Shown here piece after piece: positions 32,575-42,327 of a stretch of 64,000 bases of DNA. How positions within the stretch are numbered: position 1 is the stretch's first letter; each line of letters begins with the position of its first letter. Both the position numbers and the translations under genes were made by a program. The notes below the pieces were generated by a model that worked only from the letters and a program-made list of their open reading frames with translations, did no database searches and had not been told where the DNA came from. The stretch comes from Aerococcus sp. (GTDB lineage: Bacteria > Bacillota > Bacilli > Lactobacillales > Aerococcaceae): positions 19,316 to 83,315 of the forward strand of contig JAUMZE010000007.1 of assembly GCA_030528285.1 (NCBI GenBank). Reading direction: 5' to 3'.

Positions 32575-34245
32575 ATGGGACAATTAACGGATATTGAAAT
32601 TGCACAACAAACAAAAATGGAACCAATCACAGCCATCGCTGAAAAGATGGGGCTTGAGGACGACCAATTGATTCCTTATGGCAAATACAAAGCCAAAGTG
32701 GAACTACCGAAATCACTGAATGACAAACCCAATGGCAAATTGATCCTCGTGACAGCGATTACCCCCACCCCAGCTGGTGAAGGGAAAACGACGACTTCAG
32801 TAGGATTAGCGGATGCCTTGAGCGCACTCGGTAAGAAAGCCATGATTGCGGTGCGCGAACCTTCTTTAGGCCCCGTTTTTGGGATCAAGGGGGGCGCTGC
32901 AGGTGGCGGATACGCGCAGGTAGTTCCAATGGAGGATATCAACCTCCATTTCACCGGCGATCTCCATGCGATTGGGGCTGCAAATAATCTGCTGGCAGCG
33001 TTGATTGATAACCACATCCATCAGGGCAATGCGCTTGGGATTGACAGCCGTAATATCACCTGGAAACGCGCCGTAGACATGAACGATCGGCAACTGCGTC
33101 ATATCGTGGACGGGCTCCAGGGGCATGCGAATGGAGTCCCACGTGAGGACGGATTCGATATTACCGTTGCCTCTGAAATTATGGCGGTGCTCTGTTTATC
33201 AGAAGACATCCATGACCTCAAAGATCGGCTTGGACGCATGATTATCGGCTATAACTTTGATAATCAACCGGTCACCGCTTCCGACCTCAAAGCACAGGGA
33301 GCCTTAGCTGCACTCCTCAAAGATGCGATTAAACCAAACTTGGTACAGACATTAGAACATACGCCAGCCTTCATCCATGGTGGTCCATTCGCCAACATTG
33401 CGCACGGTTGCAACTCCGTGATTGCTACGAAGGCCGCGCTCAAATATGCGGATTATGTGGTTACAGAAGGCGGATTCGGTGCAGATTTAGGAGCGGAGAA
33501 ATTCGTCGATATCAAATGTCGCACCACGGGCCTCCAACCAGATGCGGTCGTTCTGGTCGCAACGATCCGAGCATTGAAGATGCATGGTGGAGTACCAAAG
33601 AAAGCACTCGACCAAGAAAATGTGGAAGCCGTTAAAGCCGGGATGAAGAATCTCGAACGCCATCTCCATGTGATTAAGGATGTGTATGGTTTACCGGCTG
33701 TCGTTGCGATCAATAAATTCCCACTCGACACGGACGCGGAAATTGACGCCGTAGAATCCATCCTCAAAGAACATCACGTCAATGTTGTTCTCTCAGATGT
33801 TTGGGCACATGGCGGCGCAGGTGGGAAGGATCTCGCAGAACATGTGATCGAGTTGGTTGATGAACCGAGTGACTTCCACTTTGTTTACGAGAACGAGGAC
33901 GCCATTCAAATTAAACTGGATAAAATCGTTCAAAAGGTATATGGTGGTAACCACGCTGTATTCACCAGAAAGGCGAAGAAACAGATGGCTCAATTAACCG
34001 AGCTTGGTTTCGGGAACTTGCCGATCTGTATGGCGAAAACACAGTATTCCTTCTCTGATGATCCAAAAGCCTTAGGAGCACCGACTGATTTTGATATTAC
34101 GATCAAGAATCTCAAGGTCTCTGCAGGGGCCGGCTTCATCGTCGCACTCACAGGCGATGTGATGACCATGCCGGGGCTACCAAAATCTCCAGCAGCGGAA
34201 CGAATTGATATTGATGAAGAAGGAAACATCACCGGGTTGTTCTAG
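32575..34245 (+). CDS. fhs: Formate-tetrahydrofolate ligase
   Basis: [45 protein letters not shown]. Confidence 0.98.
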   Translation: MGQLTDIEIAQQTKMEPITAIAEKMGLEDDQLIPYGKYKAKVELPKSLNDKPNGKLILVTAITPTPAGEGKTTTSVGLADALSALGKKAMIAVREPSLGPVFGIKGGAAGGGYAQVVPMEDINLHFTGDLHAIGAANNLLAALIDNHIHQGNALGIDSRNITWKRAVDMNDRQLRHIVDGLQGHANGVPREDGFDITVASEIMAVLCLSEDIHDLKDRLGRMIIGYNFDNQPVTASDLKAQGALAALLKDAIKPNLVQTLEHTPAFIHGGPFANIAHGCNSVIATKAALKYADYVVTEGGFGADLGAEKFVDIKCRTTGLQPDAVVLVATIRALKMHGGVPKKALDQENVEAVKAGMKNLERHLHVIKDVYGLPAVVAINKFPLDTDAEIDAVESILKEHHVNVVLSDVWAHGGAGGKDLAEHVIELVDEPSDFHFVYENEDAIQIKLDKIVQKVYGGNHAVFTRKAKKQMAQLTELGFGNLPICMAKTQYSFSDDPKALGAPTDFDITIKNLKVSAGAGFIVALTGDVMTMPGLPKSPAAERIDIDEEGNITGLF

Positions 34246-34493
34246 TCAACACTAGAACAACCATCCATCATTAGGAAGCGCCATAAGAAATAACCAACTC
34301 TTTTCATTTCAACTGATGGCGACGGTAGCGAGGAGCGGTCAGGCACACAAGACGGCTTGATCGCTCTTCGACTATCCAAAATTAAAATAGAAATTTGGGT
34401 CAATGATGCAATATTATTTTCGACATTGTGTGGGCATTATAAATCAAAAAAAAGGTGGTAATAATTAAGTAGCAACTATAAGGAGAAATAACA

Positions 34494-35837
34494 ATGGAAA
34501 CAAAGATTGAACGCGCGCCAGAAGAAGTGGCAGTCAGTGAAGACGCTAAATTTGGGCTGAGAGAAGCGACCTTATACGGGATTAATGCTGTGATTGGTTC
34601 GGGGATTTTCCTCCTGCCGAGAGAAATTTATTCCAATCTCGGACCAGCCTCGTTATTAGCAATTATCGTGGATATCCTCTTGGTGTTGCTCTTGGCGGTG
34701 TGCTTTGCGGAAGTGGCGGGTTATTTTGATAAAAATGGGGGTCCCTTCCAATATTCCCGGACGGCTTTCGGGAACTATGTAGGCTTTAATGTTGGGATTC
34801 TCGGTTGGTTCGTAACAATTGTGGCCTGGGCTGCCATGGCAGCGGGGTTCGCTCGTCTCTTTGTTTTAGCAGTACCAGCGACTTCAGGGCACGAGACGAT
34901 GATCAGTATTTTACTGGTGATCGCGCTCTCTATCATCAATAGTCAAGGGATTAAAACCTCAAAACTGTTTACGATCTTTATCACGATTGCGAAACTCATC
35001 CCGATCTTTGCCTTCTGTGCGATTGCAGTATTCTTCGTCAAAGGCGGGATGGATGCAGGTCATTTCCAACCGTTCGTCCAATTAGCACCAGGGAAGGACC
35101 TCGGCTCAGCAATGTCTTCAACAGCTTTGACGATTTTCTACGCCTTCATCGGATTTGAAACCATGCCGATCGTCGCAGGGGAAATGCGGGATGCGAGCCG
35201 TAATGTACCAAAAGCAATTGTGAGTTCGATTTTGATCGTGTCGCTCTTGTATTTCATTATTCTATTGGGGACGATTGCGATGCTCGGGAACGGCATTATG
35301 CAATCAGACGCACCGGTTCAGGATGCTTTCGTCATGATGATCGGTCCGAGTGGGGCTTGGATCATTACGATTGGCGCTTTGATTTCTGTCGGTGGGTTGA
35401 ACATGGGAGATTCCCTCATGATTCCGCGGTACGGCGCATCGATTGCGAATGAAGGGCTCTTACCGAAAGCAATCGGCAAAGAAAATACAAAAGGCGCCCC
35501 CATTGTTGCGATTATCGTTTCTGGTGTGCTGGCGATTCTGCTCTTAATGGCAGGGAATTTCGAGGAACTAGCAGAACTCTCTGTAGTGTTTAGGTTCTTC
35601 CAATATATTCCAACTGCCCTAGCTGTGATCGTTCTGCGCAAGAAAGATATGAAGAAACAACCGGCCTTTCGCCTGAAGGGTGGCATGTTGATCCCAATCT
35701 TAGGGACGGCGATTTCGGTTTGGGTCCTAAGCCAAGCGAAACCATCCTCCTTGATTGCTGGAGTGGTCGGTGTCGTCGTCGCAACGATTCTTTATTTCTT
35801 ATTAGGCAATAACAAAAAAGCGGAAGCAGAGGTTTAA
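34494..35837 (+). CDS. APC-family amino acid permease, probable histidine transporter
   Basis: INAVIGSGIFLLP, FYAFIGFE; sits inside the hut cluster. Confidence 0.85.
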   Translation: METKIERAPEEVAVSEDAKFGLREATLYGINAVIGSGIFLLPREIYSNLGPASLLAIIVDILLVLLLAVCFAEVAGYFDKNGGPFQYSRTAFGNYVGFNVGILGWFVTIVAWAAMAAGFARLFVLAVPATSGHETMISILLVIALSIINSQGIKTSKLFTIFITIAKLIPIFAFCAIAVFFVKGGMDAGHFQPFVQLAPGKDLGSAMSSTALTIFYAFIGFETMPIVAGEMRDASRNVPKAIVSSILIVSLLYFIILLGTIAMLGNGIMQSDAPVQDAFVMMIGPSGAWIITIGALISVGGLNMGDSLMIPRYGASIANEGLLPKAIGKENTKGAPIVAIIVSGVLAILLLMAGNFEELAELSVVFRFFQYIPTALAVIVLRKKDMKKQPAFRLKGGMLIPILGTAISVWVLSQAKPSSLIAGVVGVVVATILYFLLGNNKKAEAEV

Positions 35838-35988
35838 GGGAGCCTCCGTTTCCAAGCAAAAATGAATGGATACCAAGCCCTAGATGCCTCTCAATAAATT
35901 AAAACCACGACGCATGATGAAGTCACTCAATCACTAAACAGTTGAGTGAGAATAACCAGGCCTGTAATAGAGAAGAGGAGTGTCGGAT

Positions 35989-37527
35989 ATGGTAAATGTA
36001 GTGACATTAGATGGTCAAAGCTTGACCCTTGAAGATTTAGTGCATGTTGCTCGTGATCATTATCAAGTGGCGCTGGATGATCACGCCGTTGAAGCGGTTG
36101 AACGCTCACGTAAAATTGTCGATGATATTGTGGTTGCTAAAACACCTACATACGGTATCAATACTGGTTTTGGCTCGCTCCAATCCATCAGTATCTCCCA
36201 AGATGACTGTCAGCAGCTCCAAGAGAATCTGATTCGGACCCATTCTTGTGGTTATGGCGATCCATTCCCAGAAGATGTCGGACGTACCGTCATTTTGATT
36301 CGGGTCAATTCCCTGTTGAAGGGGAGTTCTGGGATTCGATTGAGCACTATTCAATTGATGGTGGACATGCTGAATCATAATGTCGTCCCTCACATCCCAG
36401 AAAAAGGCTCACTCGGCGCCTCTGGGGACTTGGCACCACTCTCCCACATGGTACTCCCAATGCTTGGGTTAGGGCGTGCTTACTATGAAGGGAAACTCCT
36501 CCCAGGTAAGGAAGCTATGGAACGGGCAGGCCTTCACGTGATCAGTCTTGAATCTAAGGAAGGGCTCGCTCTGATCAACGGGACGACGGTATTAACAGCT
36601 GTGGGGGCACTCGCTACTTATGACGCGATTCAGCTCGCAAAATTATCTGATGTTGCAGGGGCACTCTCCGTCGAAGCACATAATGGTCTGCATGCGGTGT
36701 TTAATGAACAATTGCACACTATCCGTCCACATATTGGGCAACTGGCGACGGCTCAGAACATGCGCCACTTGATTGCGGGCAGTCACTACACCACCGAACC
36801 CGAAGAAGGGCATGTCCAAGATGCTTATACCTTGCGCTGCATTCCGCAGATTCATGGCGCGTCCAAGGACAGTATTAGTTACGTCAAAGAAAAAGTAGAG
36901 ATAGAAATCAATTCAGGCACGGATAATCCAATTATTACGCCTGAGGGGGATGTGATCTCTGGTGGGAACTTCCACGGCGAACCAATGGCACAACCATTTG
37001 ACTTCCTGGGCATTGCGATTGCTGAGATTGCGAATGTCTCTGAACGGCGCGTGGAACGGCTCGTGAACCATCAATTGAGCGGGTTGCCATCCTTCCTCGT
37101 GAAACATCCAGGCGTGAACTCCGGATTCATGATCACGCAATATGCGGCGGCAGCGCTTGTAAGTGAAAACAAGATCCTTGCACATCCAGCAAGTGTTGAC
37201 TCCATCCCATCCTGCGAAAACCAGGAAGACTTTGTCAGCATGGGGACGATTGCGGCACGGACGGCGGCTCAGATTCTCGATAATTCCTGGCGTGTGGTCG
37301 CAACCGAGATTATGGCAGCGTGCCAAGCGCTCGATTTGAAGGACCAGACGAGTGAACTCGGGGCAGGGACACAGATTGCCTACAACCATGTACGTGAACA
37401 CATGTCATTCATTGAAAACGACAAAGACATTGAAATCTATGATGAATTAAACAAAGCCACCGATCTGCTCAAAGGAGGCTCCCTCTTAGCCAAAGTCGAA
37501 GCCAAAGTTGATTTAACGCTCCAATAA
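35989..37527 (+). CDS. hutH: Histidine ammonia-lyase
   Basis: YGINTGFG, MIO-forming GASGDLAPL, KEGLALING, QDAYTLRC, GGNFHG. Confidence 0.98.
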   Translation: MVNVVTLDGQSLTLEDLVHVARDHYQVALDDHAVEAVERSRKIVDDIVVAKTPTYGINTGFGSLQSISISQDDCQQLQENLIRTHSCGYGDPFPEDVGRTVILIRVNSLLKGSSGIRLSTIQLMVDMLNHNVVPHIPEKGSLGASGDLAPLSHMVLPMLGLGRAYYEGKLLPGKEAMERAGLHVISLESKEGLALINGTTVLTAVGALATYDAIQLAKLSDVAGALSVEAHNGLHAVFNEQLHTIRPHIGQLATAQNMRHLIAGSHYTTEPEEGHVQDAYTLRCIPQIHGASKDSISYVKEKVEIEINSGTDNPIITPEGDVISGGNFHGEPMAQPFDFLGIAIAEIANVSERRVERLVNHQLSGLPSFLVKHPGVNSGFMITQYAAAALVSENKILAHPASVDSIPSCENQEDFVSMGTIAARTAAQILDNSWRVVATEIMAACQALDLKDQTSELGAGTQIAYNHVREHMSFIENDKDIEIYDELNKATDLLKGGSLLAKVEAKVDLTLQ

Positions 37528-37546
37528 TGGATCGATGGTAATAACG

Positions 37547-37588
37547 ATCCCCAGCCTGTCAAGTAGACTTGACGGACTGGGGATTTTT
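37547..37588 (+). terminator. Terminator after hutH
   Basis: ATCCCCAG...CTGGGGAT stem followed by TTTT. Confidence 0.75.
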
Positions 37589-37592
37589 GTGT

Positions 37593-40500
37593 CTAGATTA
37601 AATCCGATAATTGTGCGATCTCAAAGGCTTCACGGTATGGATTGAGATATTTTTTGGCGAGTGCGATTTCGTCCGAGAGAGCGCTGGATGGGACGGACAT
37701 GTTAACTTGACTCTGTTTGGAGGCTTCATAGAGAAGATGTGCGCAGGCCCAGTGATAAATCCCCTCATTACTGTGGTTCGGTTGCTGCTCGCATTCCAAT
37801 TGGCAACTGTGGAGGGATAATTTGGCTTCTATGAGATTTCCCCGTTTGGCCTGGGTCACCGCGAGATAGGCGAAGACTTGCCCGCGTTTCCATAGCGAGG
37901 TGGTCTGTTTGATCAGTGCTTTCGCCACACTGAGCGATTCTTCCGCTTCCTCGTAACGTTTTAAGGCGAAGAGAATGCGCCCCATATTGGTGGAGAGGAC
38001 GAGCTGACTCGAGGTGGCCTGCTGCTGCTCAAGATAGTGGAGGGCTTGCGTTTCAATGTCATAAGCTTCCTCATAGTGATTCCTGATAAATGCCACCTCT
38101 GCGAGATAGTCGTAAGCAGCCGCTAAACTCACCATAAAGTGCTGTTTCATATAATCCGTGAGCGTCAACATTTTAATCGAGGATTGGAGTGATTCTTCGG
38201 CTTGATTTAGTTGCCCCGTCATGAGGAACTGCAACCCCTGCAGGCGCAAGACGATACTCGTATATTGATAATTATTGGCTTCCACGGCCAATTCGAGGGC
38301 GAGATCGACATATTGTTTCATCGGGAGGGGCTCATCCACCTGAATGTAGTAGTAGATCATCTGTAAATAACCGCGCAACAGATAGCTATTTTCCCCACTT
38401 CCCTTGGCTTGGGCAATGACCTGGGCAATATCCGCTACACCCTTTGTATACTCGCCATTGCGGATGTGGTAGCGCCCCTCAATATAGAGAAACTTGATCT
38501 CTAGCTGCATAAAGTGGTTATTCGTGACGTCATGATGGCGAATCTCGGTCAATTTATCGCGGAGCTCCTGGAATTTGGCTTGAATCATGGCATCGGAATA
38601 GCGCGCGGCGGGTTTTTGATGCGAATGATTGGCCTGCTGGTAGACCGGGAATAATTCGTGTTCAAACCGTAAGATATTCTGCAGGTACGCTAACTCGTAA
38701 TCTAACGCATTCACCGTCTGATGCGCCTGGTTGTAGTGGTGCGCAATCACCTGAAGGAGTGCGAGATGCTCCGTGTCATTATCCGGTGACTGAGCGAGCG
38801 TGTCCGCGATCGTCTGGTGCATCAAGCGACGGAGGGATTCGGGCTGACGCATGTAGAAATAATGGCGCACCCGGCGATGTTTGATCCGGATCGTCAGGGC
38901 ATCGTCGAGGATGGATTCCACGATAATTTGCTTTTGGTAGAGGGAATCGACCTCTTGTTTGATCCGTGTGGTGGATTCCTTCATCAGCATGGTGAGAATA
39001 TCGAGCGTGACCCCCTCATTGAAGAAAGAGATCATCTCTAAAATCGCGTTCCCCATCTCACTGAGAAAGTGGCACTGTTCCTCGATCATATCCGTAATAC
39101 GAGGGGGGAGATAGTTGAGTGACTGGTGCTGTTCGGCTTGTTTGGCCAGAGTCTCCAGTACCAGTAAATTCCCCTGCGCATAGGAGAGAATATCCGCGAT
39201 CACTGCGGGGGAGAGGGGCTGGTTCAATCGATCAGAGAGAAAATCCTGTGCTTCCTCTTCGCTGAGAGGTGGGAGGGTGATGGTTTGGAGTTGCTGCTGC
39301 TCTTCAAAACAGGGCCCCTCTGTTTGGAGGAAAGGCGTCCAGCTATGGTTTCCCGATAAGATTACCAATAGCGGGAGTTGCTGGGACAAAATAAGCGCGT
39401 TCAATAGTTTGAGAGAGAGGTCATCCACATTTTCCAGATGTTCCAACACGAAAACAAAGGGAGCATCCCCATAGAGTGTATGGTACAGCTGGTTCAGTGA
39501 TTGGAAACGTTCCTGTCGTAATTCTTGGTCACGCAACCAATCCTCTAGTTGCGTGGTGAGGAGGGTGTGCCACTCTTGCTTTTCGGCCTGTTTCAGATTA
39601 CCGGCCCGTGTGAGGAGGAGCTGGCCGATCAATTGTTGCCAGATCTGCCCTGCCAAGGTGGGGAGATACTCATTGGCGTAGAGATACACCACATGGCACT
39701 GAGAGTAAGAGGTCGATAATACCTGATGGATAAAGGTCGTCTTTCCACTCCCAGATTCACCCATAATCAATAAGCGATCGCTCACATGGGTGTCGAGAAA
39801 TTGATCCAAAGTCTGTTCAAAGGTTGCGATCTGCGTAGAGCGGACATAGTAGTATTTCGGAATAACGGACGTGAGTGAACTTTTCGTCTGGAGGTGGCTG
39901 ATAGTTTGTTTGTAGAGCGCCGTGAGCGTACTGGAGGGTGCAATATTCAATTCCCGTTTGAAAAGGTCATTCACCCGATAGTAGGTCTCAATCACTTTGC
40001 TGTTGAGACCCATCTGCTGATAATAAGTCATCAGTAAGCGGTAATTCTCTTCATTATATTCGTCGATCTCAATGAGTGATTGGATGTGCTGTTCAACGGA
40101 GGGATTTGGGTCGTTCGCCATGGATGCTTCAATTTGATCGCGCAGTTGGTTGGTGTAGAGCTGTTCGTAGTAGGTCCGCATATCCAACAACCATGACTCA
40201 TAATCATCAGCATCTTTGAGAAAGAAGCCCTTCAGAAATTCATCCTGGTAATGTGTAAGATGTCCTTTGGGGTCTTCGGTGAACTCCCATACATCGACGG
40301 TAATGGCGAGGTCTGGGTTGAGTTTCAGATTGTAGCGGTTCGGGGTAAGGATATATTCTCCCCCCAATGTTTTGTTCGCCTGGTAGATGGAATTTCTGAG
40401 ATTTTTCTTGGATTTCGTGTCATCCTTGTTCGGCCAGAGCATACCCGCAATCTCGCTACGGCTGATCTCCTTATTTACGAAGAGGTAGTAGAGAAGCGCG

Positions 40501-40595
40501 TCGACCTTCGCATAGGGAAAGGTAATTGTTTTGTTGTTTTGTTTCACGGACGGAATGCCAAACAGTTTTACTTGTAGATTGAGAGGACGACTCAT
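37593..40595 (-). CDS. Large transcriptional regulator (wHTH-BTAD-AAA-TPR), probable hut activator
   Basis: VKLFG.P, ALLYYL, SR..IA.MLWP, NLRNSIY; BTAD motif DEYNEE.YR.LM; Walker A GESGSGKT; helical repeats at the C-terminus. Confidence 0.85.
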   Translation of the reverse strand: MSRPLNLQVKLFGIPSVKQNNKTITFPYAKVDALLYYLFVNKEISRSEIAGMLWPNKDDTKSKKNLRNSIYQANKTLGGEYILTPNRYNLKLNPDLAITVDVWEFTEDPKGHLTHYQDEFLKGFFLKDADDYESWLLDMRTYYEQLYTNQLRDQIEASMANDPNPSVEQHIQSLIEIDEYNEENYRLLMTYYQQMGLNSKVIETYYRVNDLFKRELNIAPSSTLTALYKQTISHLQTKSSLTSVIPKYYYVRSTQIATFEQTLDQFLDTHVSDRLLIMGESGSGKTTFIHQVLSTSYSQCHVVYLYANEYLPTLAGQIWQQLIGQLLLTRAGNLKQAEKQEWHTLLTTQLEDWLRDQELRQERFQSLNQLYHTLYGDAPFVFVLEHLENVDDLSLKLLNALILSQQLPLLVILSGNHSWTPFLQTEGPCFEEQQQLQTITLPPLSEEEAQDFLSDRLNQPLSPAVIADILSYAQGNLLVLETLAKQAEQHQSLNYLPPRITDMIEEQCHFLSEMGNAILEMISFFNEGVTLDILTMLMKESTTRIKQEVDSLYQKQIIVESILDDALTIRIKHRRVRHYFYMRQPESLRRLMHQTIADTLAQSPDNDTEHLALLQVIAHHYNQAHQTVNALDYELAYLQNILRFEHELFPVYQQANHSHQKPAARYSDAMIQAKFQELRDKLTEIRHHDVTNNHFMQLEIKFLYIEGRYHIRNGEYTKGVADIAQVIAQAKGSGENSYLLRGYLQMIYYYIQVDEPLPMKQYVDLALELAVEANNYQYTSIVLRLQGLQFLMTGQLNQAEESLQSSIKMLTLTDYMKQHFMVSLAAAYDYLAEVAFIRNHYEEAYDIETQALHYLEQQQATSSQLVLSTNMGRILFALKRYEEAEESLSVAKALIKQTTSLWKRGQVFAYLAVTQAKRGNLIEAKLSLHSCQLECEQQPNHSNEGIYHWACAHLLYEASKQSQVNMSVPSSALSDEIALAKKYLNPYREAFEIAQLSDLI

Positions 40596-40814
40596 GGTTA
40601 GATCCCACCTTGTTGCTGATAAATCGTTCTGTGACGGAATGTGATCGCTATCATTACTTTCATTTCTATCATAGCATGCTTTATTTAAAGACTGGAAATT
40701 TTTATATGTAATAAGTGATCTGAAGCTAAAAATGCCAGGCAAAGGAAGTTCAAATGAATGGAAATCCTCAGCCTGGCACATATGTTTATGTCATCAACCC
40801 TGATAAATCCTCGA

Positions 40815-42086
40815 TTATTCCTCTACTAGTACGCCCTTGTGAACGACGTGTTGGCCGCGTTTGTAGACATCACTTACTAAGTTGGTTGCGAAGAAGTAGA
40901 GTGGGTAATCGATATTGCTGCAGTCGAAAATCGCGATATCCGCCTGTTTATCAACGTCGAGGCTCCCGATTGTATCGGCGCGATCGATCGAATAGGCAGC
41001 ATTGATCGTCACCGCATTGAGCACCTGGATCGGGGTCAGTTTCATCTGGAAGCAGCCCAATTGCATGATGAACTGCATGTTGATGGTTGGGCAGCTCCCC
41101 GGGTTGGAGTCGGTGGAGAGGGTAATTGGAACCCCCGCTTCAATCATCTTCTTAGCAGGTGCATAGGTTGTCTGCATCAAGCTAAAGGTGGTCCCTGGCA
41201 GTAAGTTTCCGATCACCTGGTTATCGGCCATCGCTTGAATGCTCTCGTCGGTAATCATCATCAAATGTTCCGCGCTCGTCGCATGGAGTTTGGCTGCGAC
41301 TTCGACCCCACCGATTGATTCGATTTCGTCTGCATGAATCCGCAGTTTAAAGCCCATATCTTGCGCAGCTTTGAGGAGTTGATAGGATTCGTCAGCGGTG
41401 AAGACGTCCTTTTCACAGAAGATATCACAGAATTCCGCGAGATGATCGGCTTTGACTTTCGGGAGCATCTCAGCAGTGATCATCTGGATGTATTCCCCGG
41501 AACGTCCCGCATATTCTTTCGGGACAGCGTGGGCCGCCATGAAGGTTGGAATGAGGTCGAGTGGATGATCCTGGTTGAGTTTCTCGATGACGCGCAGTTG
41601 CCGTTCTTCAGTCTCCCAATTGAGGCCGTACCCACTCTTGGCCTCTACTGTGGTCGTTCCGTAGCAGCACATGTAGTCGAGCAGGCGTTTTGTTTTTTCA
41701 TAGAGTTCAGCGAAGGAAGATTTGCGGGTCGCGGAAACGGTGCTGTGAATCCCACCACCTTGGTTCAGGATTTCGAGATAGCTCGCCCCATTAAGTTTCA
41801 GTGAGAATTCATGTTCGCGGCTCCCACCATAGACGAGATGGGTGTGGCAGTCGATCAATCCCGGGGTGGCAATCTTACCGGTGTAGTCGACAACCTCCGT
41901 CTCCTTACCAATGAGTTCTGGATCAGGCTCTCCACTCCCCACCTTTTGGATTTTACCGTCTTTGATAGCGATGTAACCGTCCGCAATGACGTTGGCTTCG
42001 CTCATTTCGTCCTTGGTGAGGGGATGACCCGGATCGTTCGGGGCAAAAATCTGGCTAAAATGTGTCAAAATCGTATCGGCGTACAT
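40815..42086 (-). CDS. hutI: Imidazolonepropionase
   Basis: [42 protein letters not shown]. Confidence 0.97.
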   Translation of the reverse strand: MYADTILTHFSQIFAPNDPGHPLTKDEMSEANVIADGYIAIKDGKIQKVGSGEPDPELIGKETEVVDYTGKIATPGLIDCHTHLVYGGSREHEFSLKLNGASYLEILNQGGGIHSTVSATRKSSFAELYEKTKRLLDYMCCYGTTTVEAKSGYGLNWETEERQLRVIEKLNQDHPLDLIPTFMAAHAVPKEYAGRSGEYIQMITAEMLPKVKADHLAEFCDIFCEKDVFTADESYQLLKAAQDMGFKLRIHADEIESIGGVEVAAKLHATSAEHLMMITDESIQAMADNQVIGNLLPGTTFSLMQTTYAPAKKMIEAGVPITLSTDSNPGSCPTINMQFIMQLGCFQMKLTPIQVLNAVTINAAYSIDRADTIGSLDVDKQADIAIFDCSNIDYPLYFFATNLVSDVYKRGQHVVHKGVLVEE

Positions 42087-42327
42087 GTGATCACACTCTT
42101 TCCTTATAATTTCTCTCTCATTGTAACTATAAAACGTCTATAACCAGTCAATATGAATGATAGCGCTTAATTTGGCGGAAATTTTATCTTTTCCCTCGGT
42201 ATAGTCTTTTCATAGACCGTGAATCGCTACAATGAGGACGATGATTTAATGATGCCCACCCACACCGTCATTTGAGTCATTGATCCAAGCAATCTACGTG
42301 ACAGCAATAGAAGGAGAGGTCATTTAC

